From Candidatus Latescibacterota bacterium (lineage in GTDB: Bacteria > Latescibacterota > UBA2968 > GCA-2709665), in contig CAXXJS010000025.1 of assembly GCA_963662665.2 (NCBI GenBank), positions 84,845 to 148,844 on the forward strand: a stretch of 64,000 nucleotides of DNA. Reading direction: 5' to 3'. A program made the translations under genes and the position numbers. This document shows, one piece after another, positions 18,082 to 27,499 of this stretch; within the stretch, counting starts at the first letter, position 1; each line of letters begins with the position of its first letter. The notes below the pieces were generated by a model that searched no databases, was not told the DNA's origin, and saw nothing but the letters and a program-made list of their open reading frames with translations.

Positions 18082-19731
18082 ATGCCAGGGACACACCTGA
18101 AGACATTGTTGATCGAGGATAACCCGCTTCACACCCGCCTGATTCGCGAATTGCTCGCCAAATCCGAGGGTCCGGAGTTCGAGTTGGATTCGGCGGGTAC
18201 GCTCACGGAAGGGCTGAACCGGCTTGCGTCGGCCCGGTACGAGTTGCTGCTGCTGGACCTGGTGCTGCCTGACAGCGAGGACCTGGACACGTATTTCCGG
18301 GTGCGCGCAGCATACCCGGACCTGCCGGTTGTCATCCTGTCCGGCCTGAAGGATATAAAGCTGGCGGCGCGGGCCGTTGAAGCGGGCGCGCAGGATTATC
18401 TTGTTAAGTCGAATATGAATGGTCCGGTGCTGGTGAGGTCGATCCGATACTCCGTGGAACGCAGCCGGGCGCTGCACGCCGAGTGGGAGTCGCCGATGTT
18501 CCGGCTGGCGCAGCAGCAGTTTCTGAAGGCAGCCCACCTGATGGAACTGGACGACAACATCCGGCAGCGGCTGCTGTTTCCCCAGCGCACCCACGTCGTC
18601 ACCTTTCCGTTCCGCCGGGACGAACACGAATACGTGGAAACGGTTTCCGGATACCGGATTCAGCACCTGTTGACGATGGGACCCACCAAGGGCGGCGTTC
18701 GCTACCATCACGACGTGAACCTGGGTGAGGTCTCCGCCCTGGCTATGTGGATGACCTGGAAGTGCGCCCTGATGAACCTGCCGTTTGGCGGCGCCAAGGG
18801 CGGTGTACGGATAGATCCAACCGTACTGTCACGTCCCGAACTACAGCGCCTGACACGCCGGTATACATCGGAGATCATCGACGTTATCGGTCCGCAGAAG
18901 GACATCCCCGCACCGGACATGGGCACGGACGAACACGTAATGGCCTGGATGATGGACACGTACAGCCATCAGACCGGACATACCGTACCCGCGGTCGTTA
19001 CGGGCAAGCCGGTAGTGCTGGGCGGCTCCGAAGGACGCCGGGAGGCGACCGGACGGGGCCTGGTGTATCTGGTGGAGGAGGCGGCCAGGCACATCGGGAT
19101 GGACCTGGGCAACGCAACCGCCGTCGTTCAGGGGTTCGGAAACGTGGGGAGCAATGCCGCGCGGTTTCTGAAAGCCTGCGGGGTCAAACTCGTGGGCGTA
19201 AGCGACGTGACCACCGGCATTTACAACCCCGACGGTCTTTCCATGGATTCGCTGATGCAGCACGTGGATGAAAACCGGTTCCTGGAAGGCTACGCAGGCG
19301 GAGATGCCGTGAGCAATCAGGAATTGCTCGAGATACCGTGCGACATTCTTGTACCCGCGGCCCTGCAGAATCAGATCACCGCGGAAAATGCCGAACGTAT
19401 TACGTGCCGGATGCTGGCTGAAGGCGCCAACGGACCCACCACGCTGGAGGCGGACGAGATCCTGAAGGAAAAAGGGGTGTTCATTCTGCCGGACGTACTC
19501 GGCAACGCCGGAGGGGTTACGGTGTCCTATTTCGAGTGGGTGCAGGACACGCAGAACTACATGTGGACGCTCGACGAGATCAACGATCGGCTCAGGCAGA
19601 TCCTGATGAACGCCTTCCTGCGGACGATACAACGGTCGGAACGCGATGGGCTGGATATGCGTACGGCGGCGTTGATAGAAGGCATTCACCGAGTGACACA
19701 GGCGAAGCTCCGGAGGGGCATCTTCCCATAG
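18082..19731 (+). CDS. response-regulator receiver domain fused to Glu/Leu/Phe/Val (glutamate) dehydrogenase
   Basis: Residues 1-125 form a CheY-like REC domain: LLIEDNP acidic pocket, phospho-acceptor D59 in LLLLDLVLPD, VVILSG, DYLVKS. Residues ~140-549 form a full GDH: MNLPFGGAKGGVRIDP with catalytic K239, and the NAD(P) fold VQGFGNVG. Confidence 0.85.
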   Translation: MPGTHLKTLLIEDNPLHTRLIRELLAKSEGPEFELDSAGTLTEGLNRLASARYELLLLDLVLPDSEDLDTYFRVRAAYPDLPVVILSGLKDIKLAARAVEAGAQDYLVKSNMNGPVLVRSIRYSVERSRALHAEWESPMFRLAQQQFLKAAHLMELDDNIRQRLLFPQRTHVVTFPFRRDEHEYVETVSGYRIQHLLTMGPTKGGVRYHHDVNLGEVSALAMWMTWKCALMNLPFGGAKGGVRIDPTVLSRPELQRLTRRYTSEIIDVIGPQKDIPAPDMGTDEHVMAWMMDTYSHQTGHTVPAVVTGKPVVLGGSEGRREATGRGLVYLVEEAARHIGMDLGNATAVVQGFGNVGSNAARFLKACGVKLVGVSDVTTGIYNPDGLSMDSLMQHVDENRFLEGYAGGDAVSNQELLEIPCDILVPAALQNQITAENAERITCRMLAEGANGPTTLEADEILKEKGVFILPDVLGNAGGVTVSYFEWVQDTQNYMWTLDEINDRLRQILMNAFLRTIQRSERDGLDMRTAALIEGIHRVTQAKLRRGIFP

Positions 19732-19783
19732 TGTCCCGTCCTGGAGATAGATCGCCGGAACAGAACAATCAGGAAGGTCTGAA

Positions 19784-22700
19784 ATGGACGACTATGCCGA
19801 CCCGCGCCTTCTGCGGCTGGCCGCGATAGCCTCGCAGACGGCGAATCTGATCGTTGTTATGCTGTCCATCCTGGTTCTGTCCGGATGGCTGGTCAGCGCA
19901 CCCGTTGCCGAATGGATGTCGTTATTAACCGCGGGGATGTTCGTGCTCAGCGGCGCGGCGCTGTGGCTGTTGCGGAGCGGGAAGTCGTCCGCGCGGAGGC
20001 AGTTCCTCGGGAAGGCAATCGGCGCGGTTGTGGTGGTCTTCGCGATTCTGGAACTGGTTGGGGCGGGCCCTGAACTCATCGGCTTTGGCGCAGGCGCGGG
20101 ACATATGCTGCGCGATGAGGCCTGCAACTTCGCCCTGATCGGCCTTGCATTGTTCCTGTGGCATTTCCGGATTCGGGAAATCGCCTGGCCGGCGCAGGCG
20201 TGTCTGTCGGTCGCCGCCATCCTTTCCGCGGGTTATGCGGTTGGCCACTTCTATCACGCGGTCTCCCCCAGAGAAGTGTCATGGGACGTGCATCTGAGCG
20301 TCTTTACCACTCTGGCGTTCGGACTATTGTGCATCGGCATGTTTCTGTCACGGCCGGACCTGGAACCCACGACAACCATTGTCAGCAACACTGCCGGCGG
20401 ATCGATGGCGCGCAGGCTGCTGCCGGCCGCTTTTCTGATTCCACTGGCGCTGGGCTGGCTCTGGCCCCACGGCGAAGGAATTCTGGGGTTCGAGTCCGGA
20501 ATGTCCCTGTTTTCGCTGGGGGTCATCGTAGCGCTCAATATACTGATCTGGTGGTACGCCCGGTCTCTCGCCGACGTGGATTCCGAACGGAAACGGTCGG
20601 AGCTGGCATTGCGGGAGAGCGAGGCCCGGCTAAAGCTGGCCATGGAAGCCGCCCACATGGGGAGTTGGGATTCCAATCTGCTGACCGGGGAACTGGTCTG
20701 GTCCGACCTGGTGGCGCCGTTGTTCGGGCTTACTCCGGAAATGTTCGAGGGTACGCGGGAGGCGTTTTATGTACTGGTGCACCCGGAAGACCGGACGATG
20801 GTCCGCAGCGCAGTGCGACGAACGATCAAGGAAGGCGTGGATTTCGAGGTGGAGCACCGGGTTGTATGGCCGGACGGGACGATCCGATGGCTGGGGAACA
20901 AGGGACGCGTCTTCGGCGACACCGCGGGACAGAACGTGCATATGATCGGCACTGTCCGGGACATCACGCTGCGCAAGCGCGCCGAGATGCAACTTCAGGA
21001 AAAGAACCGCGAACTTGAAAAGACAGCGGCGGCCGAGCGTGAAGCCAACGAGGCGCTGAAAAAGAGTACGGCCGCCCTGGAGCGTTCGGGGGGTGAGTTG
21101 CAAAAGGCAAAGGACGCCGCAGAGCAGGCAAATCGGGCGAAGAGCGAGTTTCTTGCCAACATGAGCCACGAAATCCGGACGCCCATGAACGGCATTATGG
21201 GCATGACGGAGTTGCTGGGCAACACCGAGTTGACGCCCCAACAGCTGGAATACCTCAAGTTGAGTCGGCAGTCTTCCGAGGCATTGCTGGCGCTCCTGAA
21301 CGATATTCTCGACTTTTCCAAGCTCGAGGTGGACAGGCTGGAGCTGGAATTGATCGGCTTCGACCTCCGGGATACGCTGGGGGACACCGTGCAGACCCTC
21401 GCGGTCAAAGCCACGCAAAAGGGGCTGGAACTGGCCTGCCATATCGCGCCGGACGTTCCGGACAGGCTGGTCGGCGACCCGGGCCGTTTGCGGCAGATCG
21501 TGATCAACCTGGTGGACAACGCCATCAAGTTCACGACGACGGGAGATGTGCTGGTTGACGTCAAGGTGGACTCCCGGGATGAAGAAAAGGTCGGCCTGAG
21601 GTTTTTTGTCCGCGATACGGGCATCGGCATCGCGCCGGAAGACCAGCAACCCATTTTCGATTCTTTCAGCCAGGTGGACTCTTCGACCTCCAGGCGATTT
21701 GGCGGTACCGGCCTGGGCCTGGCGATTTCGTCTCAATTGTCGTCAATGATGGGCGGACGGATGTGGGTGGAAAGCGAACTGGACAAAGGGAGTACGTTTT
21801 ATTTCACGGCGCAATTCGACGCCCAGCCTCAGCTGGCGAAGCGGTCTGCGGCCGACCTCCAGAGCCTGGTGGGACTCCGCGCGCTGGTGGTGGACAACAA
21901 CCGTACGAACCGGTTTATTTTCGAGGAGATGCTTGGAACCTGGGGTATGAAAATCGATGTGGCGGATTCGGGGCCGGCTGCGCTGGACACGGTTCGCACG
22001 GCCGGGACGACGGGTCTGCCGTACAACCTGTTTCTGCTGGATGCAGTGATGCCGGATATGGACGGGTTCGCGCTGGCTGAGCGTCTCAGGCAGGATCCCG
22101 TGACGAAGGATGTGCCGATCCTGATTCTTTCGTCCGCGGGGAGAACGCACGACGCGGTGCGATGTGACGCGCTGGGGCTTGCCAGGTGTCTGACAAAGCC
22201 GGTCAAGCAGTCCGACCTGCTCGATGCCACGTTGGCGGCACTCGATGTGAGTGTTGTCGAGACCGCGGACGTACCGACAATGGCGGAACCGTTACCGCCC
22301 GCCGCCAGGCGCCGCGTCCTGTTGGCAGAGGACGGCGCGGTAAACCGGAAAGTGATTGTGGACCTGCTCGAGCCGCGAGGCCACCAGGTAACCGCCGTCA
22401 ACAACGGCAAGGAGGTTCTCGCGGCGCTGGAGAACGAGACATTCGATCTGATCCTCATGGATATCCAGATGCCTGAGATGGACGGTCTGGAGGCAACCCG
22501 CATAATCAGGGAGCGTGAAGGGTCGACAGGGGAGCGTATTCAAATTGCGGCGATGACGGCGCACGTGATGCAGGGAGACAGGGAGCGGTGTCTGGCGGAG
22601 GGGATGGACGATTATCTCCCCAAACCCGTCCGGGCGGGAGATCTCTTCGATGTTGTGGAGAACAACGTCTCATCAGAACCCGCGTCGTTGGCGGAACCGG

Positions 22701-23056
22701 GCGATGATGGAGGCGCGCTCGATTGGCAGGGGGCCCTCGAACAGGTTGGCGGGAACGAGGCGATACTGGGCGAACTGGCGGAGCTGTTTGTCACCGAATA
22801 CGTCAGGCACCTGAAAGAAATGAAACGGGCGATCGGCCACGGCGACAGCACCCTGTTGCGGCGCGCGGCGCACACGCTGAAGGGTTCGGCGGCCGTATTT
22901 CTTGCCAACTCGACCGTCGAGGCCGCGTTGCGGCTGGAAAACATGGCGCGGGAAGGGGATCTTGAATACGTGAATGAAGCGTTCGCCGCACTCGAACGGG
23001 CAGCGGATGAGCTGTTGCCCGCACTGAAGGAAAAAGCGGCTGAGGTTGTTGCGTAG
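19784..23056 (+). CDS. hybrid sensor histidine kinase (multi-TM N-terminus, PAS, HisKA, HATPase_c, REC, REC, HPt)
   Basis: Hydrophobic N-terminal ~260 aa, then a PAS-like region (WSDLVAPLFG...VEHRVVWPDG). H-box SHEIRTPMNGI (H462), N/G boxes (VDNAIKFT, DTGIGI, GGTGLGLAIS). REC1 D753 (LLDAVMPDMDG), REC2 D893 (LILMDIQMPEMDG...KPV), HPt H1030 (AAHTLKGSAA). Confidence 0.9.
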   Translation: MDDYADPRLLRLAAIASQTANLIVVMLSILVLSGWLVSAPVAEWMSLLTAGMFVLSGAALWLLRSGKSSARRQFLGKAIGAVVVVFAILELVGAGPELIGFGAGAGHMLRDEACNFALIGLALFLWHFRIREIAWPAQACLSVAAILSAGYAVGHFYHAVSPREVSWDVHLSVFTTLAFGLLCIGMFLSRPDLEPTTTIVSNTAGGSMARRLLPAAFLIPLALGWLWPHGEGILGFESGMSLFSLGVIVALNILIWWYARSLADVDSERKRSELALRESEARLKLAMEAAHMGSWDSNLLTGELVWSDLVAPLFGLTPEMFEGTREAFYVLVHPEDRTMVRSAVRRTIKEGVDFEVEHRVVWPDGTIRWLGNKGRVFGDTAGQNVHMIGTVRDITLRKRAEMQLQEKNRELEKTAAAEREANEALKKSTAALERSGGELQKAKDAAEQANRAKSEFLANMSHEIRTPMNGIMGMTELLGNTELTPQQLEYLKLSRQSSEALLALLNDILDFSKLEVDRLELELIGFDLRDTLGDTVQTLAVKATQKGLELACHIAPDVPDRLVGDPGRLRQIVINLVDNAIKFTTTGDVLVDVKVDSRDEEKVGLRFFVRDTGIGIAPEDQQPIFDSFSQVDSSTSRRFGGTGLGLAISSQLSSMMGGRMWVESELDKGSTFYFTAQFDAQPQLAKRSAADLQSLVGLRALVVDNNRTNRFIFEEMLGTWGMKIDVADSGPAALDTVRTAGTTGLPYNLFLLDAVMPDMDGFALAERLRQDPVTKDVPILILSSAGRTHDAVRCDALGLARCLTKPVKQSDLLDATLAALDVSVVETADVPTMAEPLPPAARRRVLLAEDGAVNRKVIVDLLEPRGHQVTAVNNGKEVLAALENETFDLILMDIQMPEMDGLEATRIIREREGSTGERIQIAAMTAHVMQGDRERCLAEGMDDYLPKPVRAGDLFDVVENNVSSEPASLAEPGDDGGALDWQGALEQVGGNEAILGELAELFVTEYVRHLKEMKRAIGHGDSTLLRRAAHTLKGSAAVFLANSTVEAALRLENMAREGDLEYVNEAFAALERAADELLPALKEKAAEVVA

Positions 23057-23173
23057 TGGATCGAATGTGGAGCATTGCACTACCCTTGGCGCACTATCGG
23101 ACTTTTTGCATTGTCGTCATCTCCGCTCCACCTGAAGACACGGACAGCCGCCGTGCCGGAAATTCCACCACCC

Positions 23174-23179
23174 TATAAT
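23174..23179 (+). promoter_or_regulatory. TATAAT -10 box candidate upstream of hicB
   Basis: Exact TATAAT lies 57 nt upstream of ATG 23236. No good -35 was seen. Confidence 0.25.
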
Positions 23180-23235
23180 ATGGCAGTACGTAGAATCTAT
23201 CTTATCGGGTACGTCTCTTACAACAGGAGTACGAA

Positions 23236-23481
23236 ATGTCAGTGGAATACCAGCTTCGTCTTCAGATCAGGCGAGTAGAAAACGGCCAATACCTCGCTAC
23301 CTCCGAAGATTTCGACGGACTGGTGGCGCAGGGACGAACAGTGGCTGAAACGGTTGAGATTGCTCAAGATGTTGCCAGGAAGCTTGTCGAATCCTGCAGG
23401 GAACATGGCGACCCGCTACCGAATGGATTGCATCCGATAGACATGGATATCCTGGAGTTGGATATTCCCGTAGGTGTTTGA
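23236..23481 (+). CDS. hicB: HicB-family antitoxin
   Basis: 81-aa ORF with AGGAG SD. ATSEDFDGLVAQGRTVAETVEIAQDVARKLVES fits the HicB N-terminal fold consensus (xxPdlpGcxaqGxTxeEaxxnaxeAi). There is a 4-nt ATGA overlap with hicA. Confidence 0.7.
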   Translation: MSVEYQLRLQIRRVENGQYLATSEDFDGLVAQGRTVAETVEIAQDVARKLVESCREHGDPLPNGLHPIDMDILELDIPVGV

Positions 23482-23705
23482 TGGGCCGGCTCGCGGGTTT
23501 CACTTACAGACAGATAATCCAGAGACTAAGGCGGTTGGGATTCACGTTTGACCGAAACGCACGAGGCAGTCACGAGATTTGGTGGAACCCCGTTACTCGA
23601 CATCGAACGACGATTCCCAACCACTCTGGAGATCTGCCGGAGGGTACCGTATCTGCCATTCTGAAACGAGCCGGAGTAACGGCGGAAGACTTCCTTCGAG
23701 CGTAA
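23478..23705 (+). CDS. hicA: HicA-family mRNA interferase toxin
   Basis: 75-aa ORF. FTYRQIIQRLRRLGFTFDRNARGSHEIWWNPVTRHRTTIPNHSGDLPEGTVSAILKRAG matches the HicA/YcfA pattern (GSHxxxxxp....tvPxH.xdlxxGtlxxIlkqaG). Confidence 0.8.
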   Translation: MMGRLAGFTYRQIIQRLRRLGFTFDRNARGSHEIWWNPVTRHRTTIPNHSGDLPEGTVSAILKRAGVTAEDFLRA

Positions 23706-23735
23706 GATTCTGTTAGTCGAATTCGAACTAAGATG

Positions 23736-23754
23736 ATGCCCCCTCAGGGGGCAT
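23736..23754 (+). terminator. hairpin ATGCCCCC-TCA-GGGGGCAT downstream of hicA
   Basis: 8-bp GC-rich stem read directly, 31 nt after the hicA stop. It is followed by TTCTTGGTATATT, a weak T tract. Confidence 0.4.
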
Positions 23755-23950
23755 TCTTGGTATATTGGGAATGCGAACATCTCAGGCTGATACGATCCTG
23801 AACATCGGTATATACAGAGACCTGGAACACATTGCCACAACGGCTCGGCAACACCAGAATTTGGGTCTAAGAAAACGTATATGAACAGAAAAAGAACGCC
23901 TTCGCGGCAGTTGTCTCCATCTGACGAGAGCAGTCTTAAGGAGGCACTGG

Positions 23951-24109
23951 ATGAGGAGCTTTAGACGTCATCTGAATGAGAAGCTCAAAGATGAGCGATT
24001 CAGGCGACTGTATGAGGAAGAGCGACAGCTTACCGAGCTGTCGTTGAAGATCCACCAACTGCGTGTACGCGTGACGGGGAAATTTCGCAGATGTTCAGGC
24101 GGGGCATAA
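23951..24109 (+). pseudogene. truncated antitoxin-like remnant (52 codons)
   Basis: MRSFRRHLNEKLKDERFRRLYEEERQLTELSLKIHQLR resembles the N-terminal leader of HTH-type antitoxins (xFeehLkeqLkDpEFrxeYe...). The HTH part is missing. It is below the ORF-track size cutoff. Confidence 0.4.
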
Positions 24110-24191
24110 TCTTTCCGATGGCAGGTTCAAGAATGATAGACACGATTCAAGGGAATCTCAAGAAACGTGTAAACGCATATGGAGATTTCAG

Positions 24192-24638
24192 ATGAACCTT
24201 TGCTTCAGACGTATCTTCGTTGTCATCCTTGTGGCCCTGGCCTGGGCCGTGGTATGGTCGCCGGTTGGCGTGCTGACAGGGATCATCGTGGATCCGGGCG
24301 GCTCAATGGATGAAATGTGGGTGGCGATCGGGGCGTATCCCGGATTCCTCTGCGGTGCGGTCTTTTCCGCGGTGGTGGGGATTGCGGAGGGCCGTCGCAG
24401 GCTCAACGAGATCGCGCTTTCGCGAGTCGCCGGCTGGGGAGCCGTGAGCGGTCTGGTTGTAGGCGTGATTCCGTTTGTTCTTGGAACGGTGAATACCGCC
24501 CTTCCGCTCTGGCTGTGGAGCATCGTAACCGTCGGCGCCGTGACGATACTGAGTTCAGCCTCGGCTTTCGGCACCGCGTCGATTGCCAGGATGGCGAAGA
24601 AGCGAGCATTGCACGGCGCGAGTGGGGACGCGGTGTAG
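24192..24638 (+). CDS. hypothetical 4-TM membrane protein
   Basis: 148-aa ORF with GGAGA SD and four hydrophobic segments (IFVVILVALAWAVVW, AIGAYPGFLCGAVFSAVVGI, GWGAVSGLVVGVIPFVLG, LWLWSIVTVGAVTIL). No family was recognised. Confidence 0.55.
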   Translation: MNLCFRRIFVVILVALAWAVVWSPVGVLTGIIVDPGGSMDEMWVAIGAYPGFLCGAVFSAVVGIAEGRRRLNEIALSRVAGWGAVSGLVVGVIPFVLGTVNTALPLWLWSIVTVGAVTILSSASAFGTASIARMAKKRALHGASGDAV

Positions 24639-24662
24639 ACTAAAGCGCCGGAGGAGAAGACC

Positions 24663-25361
24663 TTGCGCATCTCAGCGATTTCATTTGATGGCGACATGAC
24701 CCTGTGGGATTTCAATAAGGTCATGAGGCATTCAATGAAACATGCATTGGTGGAACTGCGCAGGAAGGTCCCTACAGAACTTGCATCGCGCCTCACAATA
24801 GACGAGATGATTGGCATTCGCGATCAGGTTGCCGAGGAATTTAAGGGCAGGGTATGGAAACTCTCGGAGATCAGACGAATTGCATTTGAGAGGACGCTTG
24901 AGCGCGTTGGTTGTCGCGACAGCAGTCTGGCTCTTCGTTTGAATCAGGTATATCGGAAGCGTCGTTTTGAAGACATCGAGCTGTATCCGGATGTGCTGCC
25001 GGCCTTCGATATTCTATCTCCGCATTTCAATATCGGGCTTCTGTCAAACGGGAACAGCTACCCGGAACACTGTGGACTCGAAGGACATTTTGCCTTTGTC
25101 GTGTTTTCACAGGATGTGCGTATCGAGAAGCCCGATCCACGGATCTTTCAGATCACCGCGCGCCGGGCGGGCTGTCCGGTTGAGCGGCTTCTGCACGTGG
25201 GAGACTCCTTGGAAAACGACGTTGCGGGAGCGCACAATGCGGGAGCGCTTTCTATGTGGCTGAATCGCGATGGCGTGAGGAACGGCACCGGGATCCAGGC
25301 CGATTACGAGATTACTTCGTTGGCCGACATGCCTTTACTATTGGGTATCGGTCGCAGCTGA
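24663..25361 (+). CDS. HAD-IA family hydrolase
   Basis: TTG start with GGAGGA SD. Motif I is ISFDGDMTLWD (DxD variant), LLSNG fits motif II, and HVGDSLENDVAGAHNAG fits motif IV. Confidence 0.75.
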   Translation: MRISAISFDGDMTLWDFNKVMRHSMKHALVELRRKVPTELASRLTIDEMIGIRDQVAEEFKGRVWKLSEIRRIAFERTLERVGCRDSSLALRLNQVYRKRRFEDIELYPDVLPAFDILSPHFNIGLLSNGNSYPEHCGLEGHFAFVVFSQDVRIEKPDPRIFQITARRAGCPVERLLHVGDSLENDVAGAHNAGALSMWLNRDGVRNGTGIQADYEITSLADMPLLLGIGRS

Positions 25362-25404
25362 TCTCACACTGAGGATGCGTTTTCCAAAGCATGAGGACAC
25401 GACA

Positions 25405-25893
25405 ATGAAAAGACTTATTCCAATTATTGCGCTACTGTTGTCCTGCGGTGAAATGGAAAGCGAAGTAAATCCATTGGTCGGTGAATGGGTCTTTGTTCAA
25501 CAGGACAATGAAAGACTGATCAGCGCCCTTGTTCACCACTATCGCTCACGTGACCTTGCTGCCCAAACTGTTAGCGAAATGCCGACGACACTCGACAATT
25601 ATGTGCTTAAATTCAACGCGGATCTCACATATTCTGATAGTTTTGGCGCAGACGGAACCTGGAGTGCAACACAAACTGACGTAACAATGACTGAAAACTA
25701 TGACATACTTGCAATGCCCTATGTTATCATGGATTCAGAATTAGTGCTTTCTCTCCGCCGACCAGAAATGTTGATCCTTTTATACAAGAATTTAGGCGAT
25801 GACAAATATTCAGAAATAGCCACGGTCTACAGAACAGCTATGCCCTACTTTATTGATACGCCCCTCGTTCGATTAACTTTTCGCCGTCAGTAA
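25405..25893 (+). CDS. hypothetical lipoprotein
   Basis: MKRLIPIIALLLSCGE is a signal peptide with lipobox LLSC. GAGGA SD precedes the start. This is the most AT-rich gene in the window. No family was recognised. Confidence 0.6.
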   Translation: MKRLIPIIALLLSCGEMESEVNPLVGEWVFVQQDNERLISALVHHYRSRDLAAQTVSEMPTTLDNYVLKFNADLTYSDSFGADGTWSATQTDVTMTENYDILAMPYVIMDSELVLSLRRPEMLILLYKNLGDDKYSEIATVYRTAMPYFIDTPLVRLTFRRQ

Positions 25894-25965
25894 GATCACA
25901 ACGCGAAGTAAATCCTCAGCTTACCCAATACGGGAAGGTCAGAGACATTCAGATGGAGGATCCGA

Positions 25966-26550
25966 ATGGCGGGCTGGATCGAATTCACATTCCCGGTTGA
26001 AACAGGAAAGAGTTCTCTGCTTGTTATCGATGACGAACGAGCCGGTCTGCTCGCGGACCCCCTTCGGCGGCGCATCCTGGAAACTCTTGGCGAGGGGAAA
26101 TCCGTAGCGGAGATTTCGTCGAGGTTGGGTGTTACCGATACCCGGATTCTCCGCCATCTGGAAAGACTCGCGGAATCAGATGTCGTACATCTTCAAGAGA
26201 CTGGTAGCGATCCCAGGGCCTGGCGTTGCCTCCCCGCGGCAGCCAGGATTCGAATCCGGGACACACTTGATGAGACGGCCAAAACCTCCGAGCCTGTACC
26301 CTCGGAGGTTGCCTGCCAGTTTAATCAGGCATTTCGCGAAAGTGCGGACGGCATATTCGGTCCGAATTTCCAAAGCTCTGTCAACCATAACCGGGCTCGA
26401 CTCTCTGACGGTCAGGCGTCTGAATTCAACCGTCGGCTCCTGGATCTGATCGAGGAGTACTTTCCACCCGGCAAGGGAGATCCCACCGGCATCAAGTATG
26501 GCTTTTTCGGCGTGCTGACCCCGATTGATCTGCCTCCCATTGAGTCGTGA
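25966..26550 (+). CDS. ArsR-family winged-helix transcriptional regulator with C-terminal extension
   Basis: LLADPLRRRILETLGEGKSVAEISSRLGVTDTRILRHLERLAESDVV fits the ArsR/SmtB HTH pattern. GGAGG SD. Confidence 0.7.
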   Translation: MAGWIEFTFPVETGKSSLLVIDDERAGLLADPLRRRILETLGEGKSVAEISSRLGVTDTRILRHLERLAESDVVHLQETGSDPRAWRCLPAAARIRIRDTLDETAKTSEPVPSEVACQFNQAFRESADGIFGPNFQSSVNHNRARLSDGQASEFNRRLLDLIEEYFPPGKGDPTGIKYGFFGVLTPIDLPPIES

Positions 26551-26640
26551 CAGAGCGTATTGGTCGCGATCTTGTATCGGGATGTAACATATCCCAGTAC
26601 AGATCCGATACCGAAATAGGCGAGGGACCCGAGAAACACC

Positions 26641-27444
26641 ATGGATGGAAAACGCAACCCAGTTCGGATAAAGGCCTTCTGCGTCGGGCAGGCGAAGTCC
26701 GGAACGGCATCTCTCGTCGGCCTGCTTTCAACCAATTACCGCGCGGCGCATGAGCCGGAGCGACCGGAGTTGCTCGATATGATACTCCGCGAGTCCCGCG
26801 GCGAACTCTCCGCCGAGGCCTTCCGGAAGTTTCTCCTCGAGCGTGACGTCCGGCTCAACCTGGAGTATGATGTCTCGTGGGTAAACCAGTTCGTTATAGG
26901 CCATCTGCTGGACGTCTTCCCTGCCTCGAAGTTCATCGTTCTCATCCGCGACAGTTATTCGTGGCTTCAATCCGCCATCGGGCACGTCATCAGCCGCGAG
27001 TTGCCCTCTGAAATCGTAAACTTTCTCCCCTGGTGGATCAATCCGGAATGCTATCCCCACTCGCGTCAGGATCGTGCGCTTGCGGAACGCGGGCTTTATT
27101 CAATTGCGGCCTATCTGCACGCCTGGAACGACCATGTCAACAGGTGTACCCCGCAGATCCCTGAGGACCGGCGGCTTGTACTTCGGACCCATGAACTGGC
27201 TCATTCGCACGCGCGATTGGCGGACTTCCTGGAAATACCGTTGGATACGCTCGACGCGGGAAGCGGGCATCAGAACCGCAGCACGTGGGCGGACCGGATC
27301 GAGTCCCTCGTCGATCCGGCCTACGTCGACGACATGGTCCAATCGATATGCGCTGACAACATGGCCCGTTACTTTCCCGAAGTCAAAAGCGCTCAGGATG
27401 TGCCGGGGTTATGGGAAGCCGTACCGCGTGAGCCGGCGACCTGA
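26641..27444 (+). CDS. sulfotransferase family protein
   Basis: FCVGQAKSGTASL resembles the 5'-PSB loop (PKSGTT). FIVLIRDSYSWLQS resembles the 3'-PB motif (xxxRdPxdxxxS). Confidence 0.55.
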   Translation: MDGKRNPVRIKAFCVGQAKSGTASLVGLLSTNYRAAHEPERPELLDMILRESRGELSAEAFRKFLLERDVRLNLEYDVSWVNQFVIGHLLDVFPASKFIVLIRDSYSWLQSAIGHVISRELPSEIVNFLPWWINPECYPHSRQDRALAERGLYSIAAYLHAWNDHVNRCTPQIPEDRRLVLRTHELAHSHARLADFLEIPLDTLDAGSGHQNRSTWADRIESLVDPAYVDDMVQSICADNMARYFPEVKSAQDVPGLWEAVPREPAT

Positions 27445-27499
27445 TTGCGTTTTTCGAACGGCCGGACTTCATTCAAGATGAAGGAAGACGAAAAAAACG

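Noticed and set aside
26232-26256. GGATTCGAATCC, a tRNA T-arm-like sequence.
   Set aside because: It lies inside the ArsR-family coding frame. No acceptor, D or anticodon arms can be built around it.
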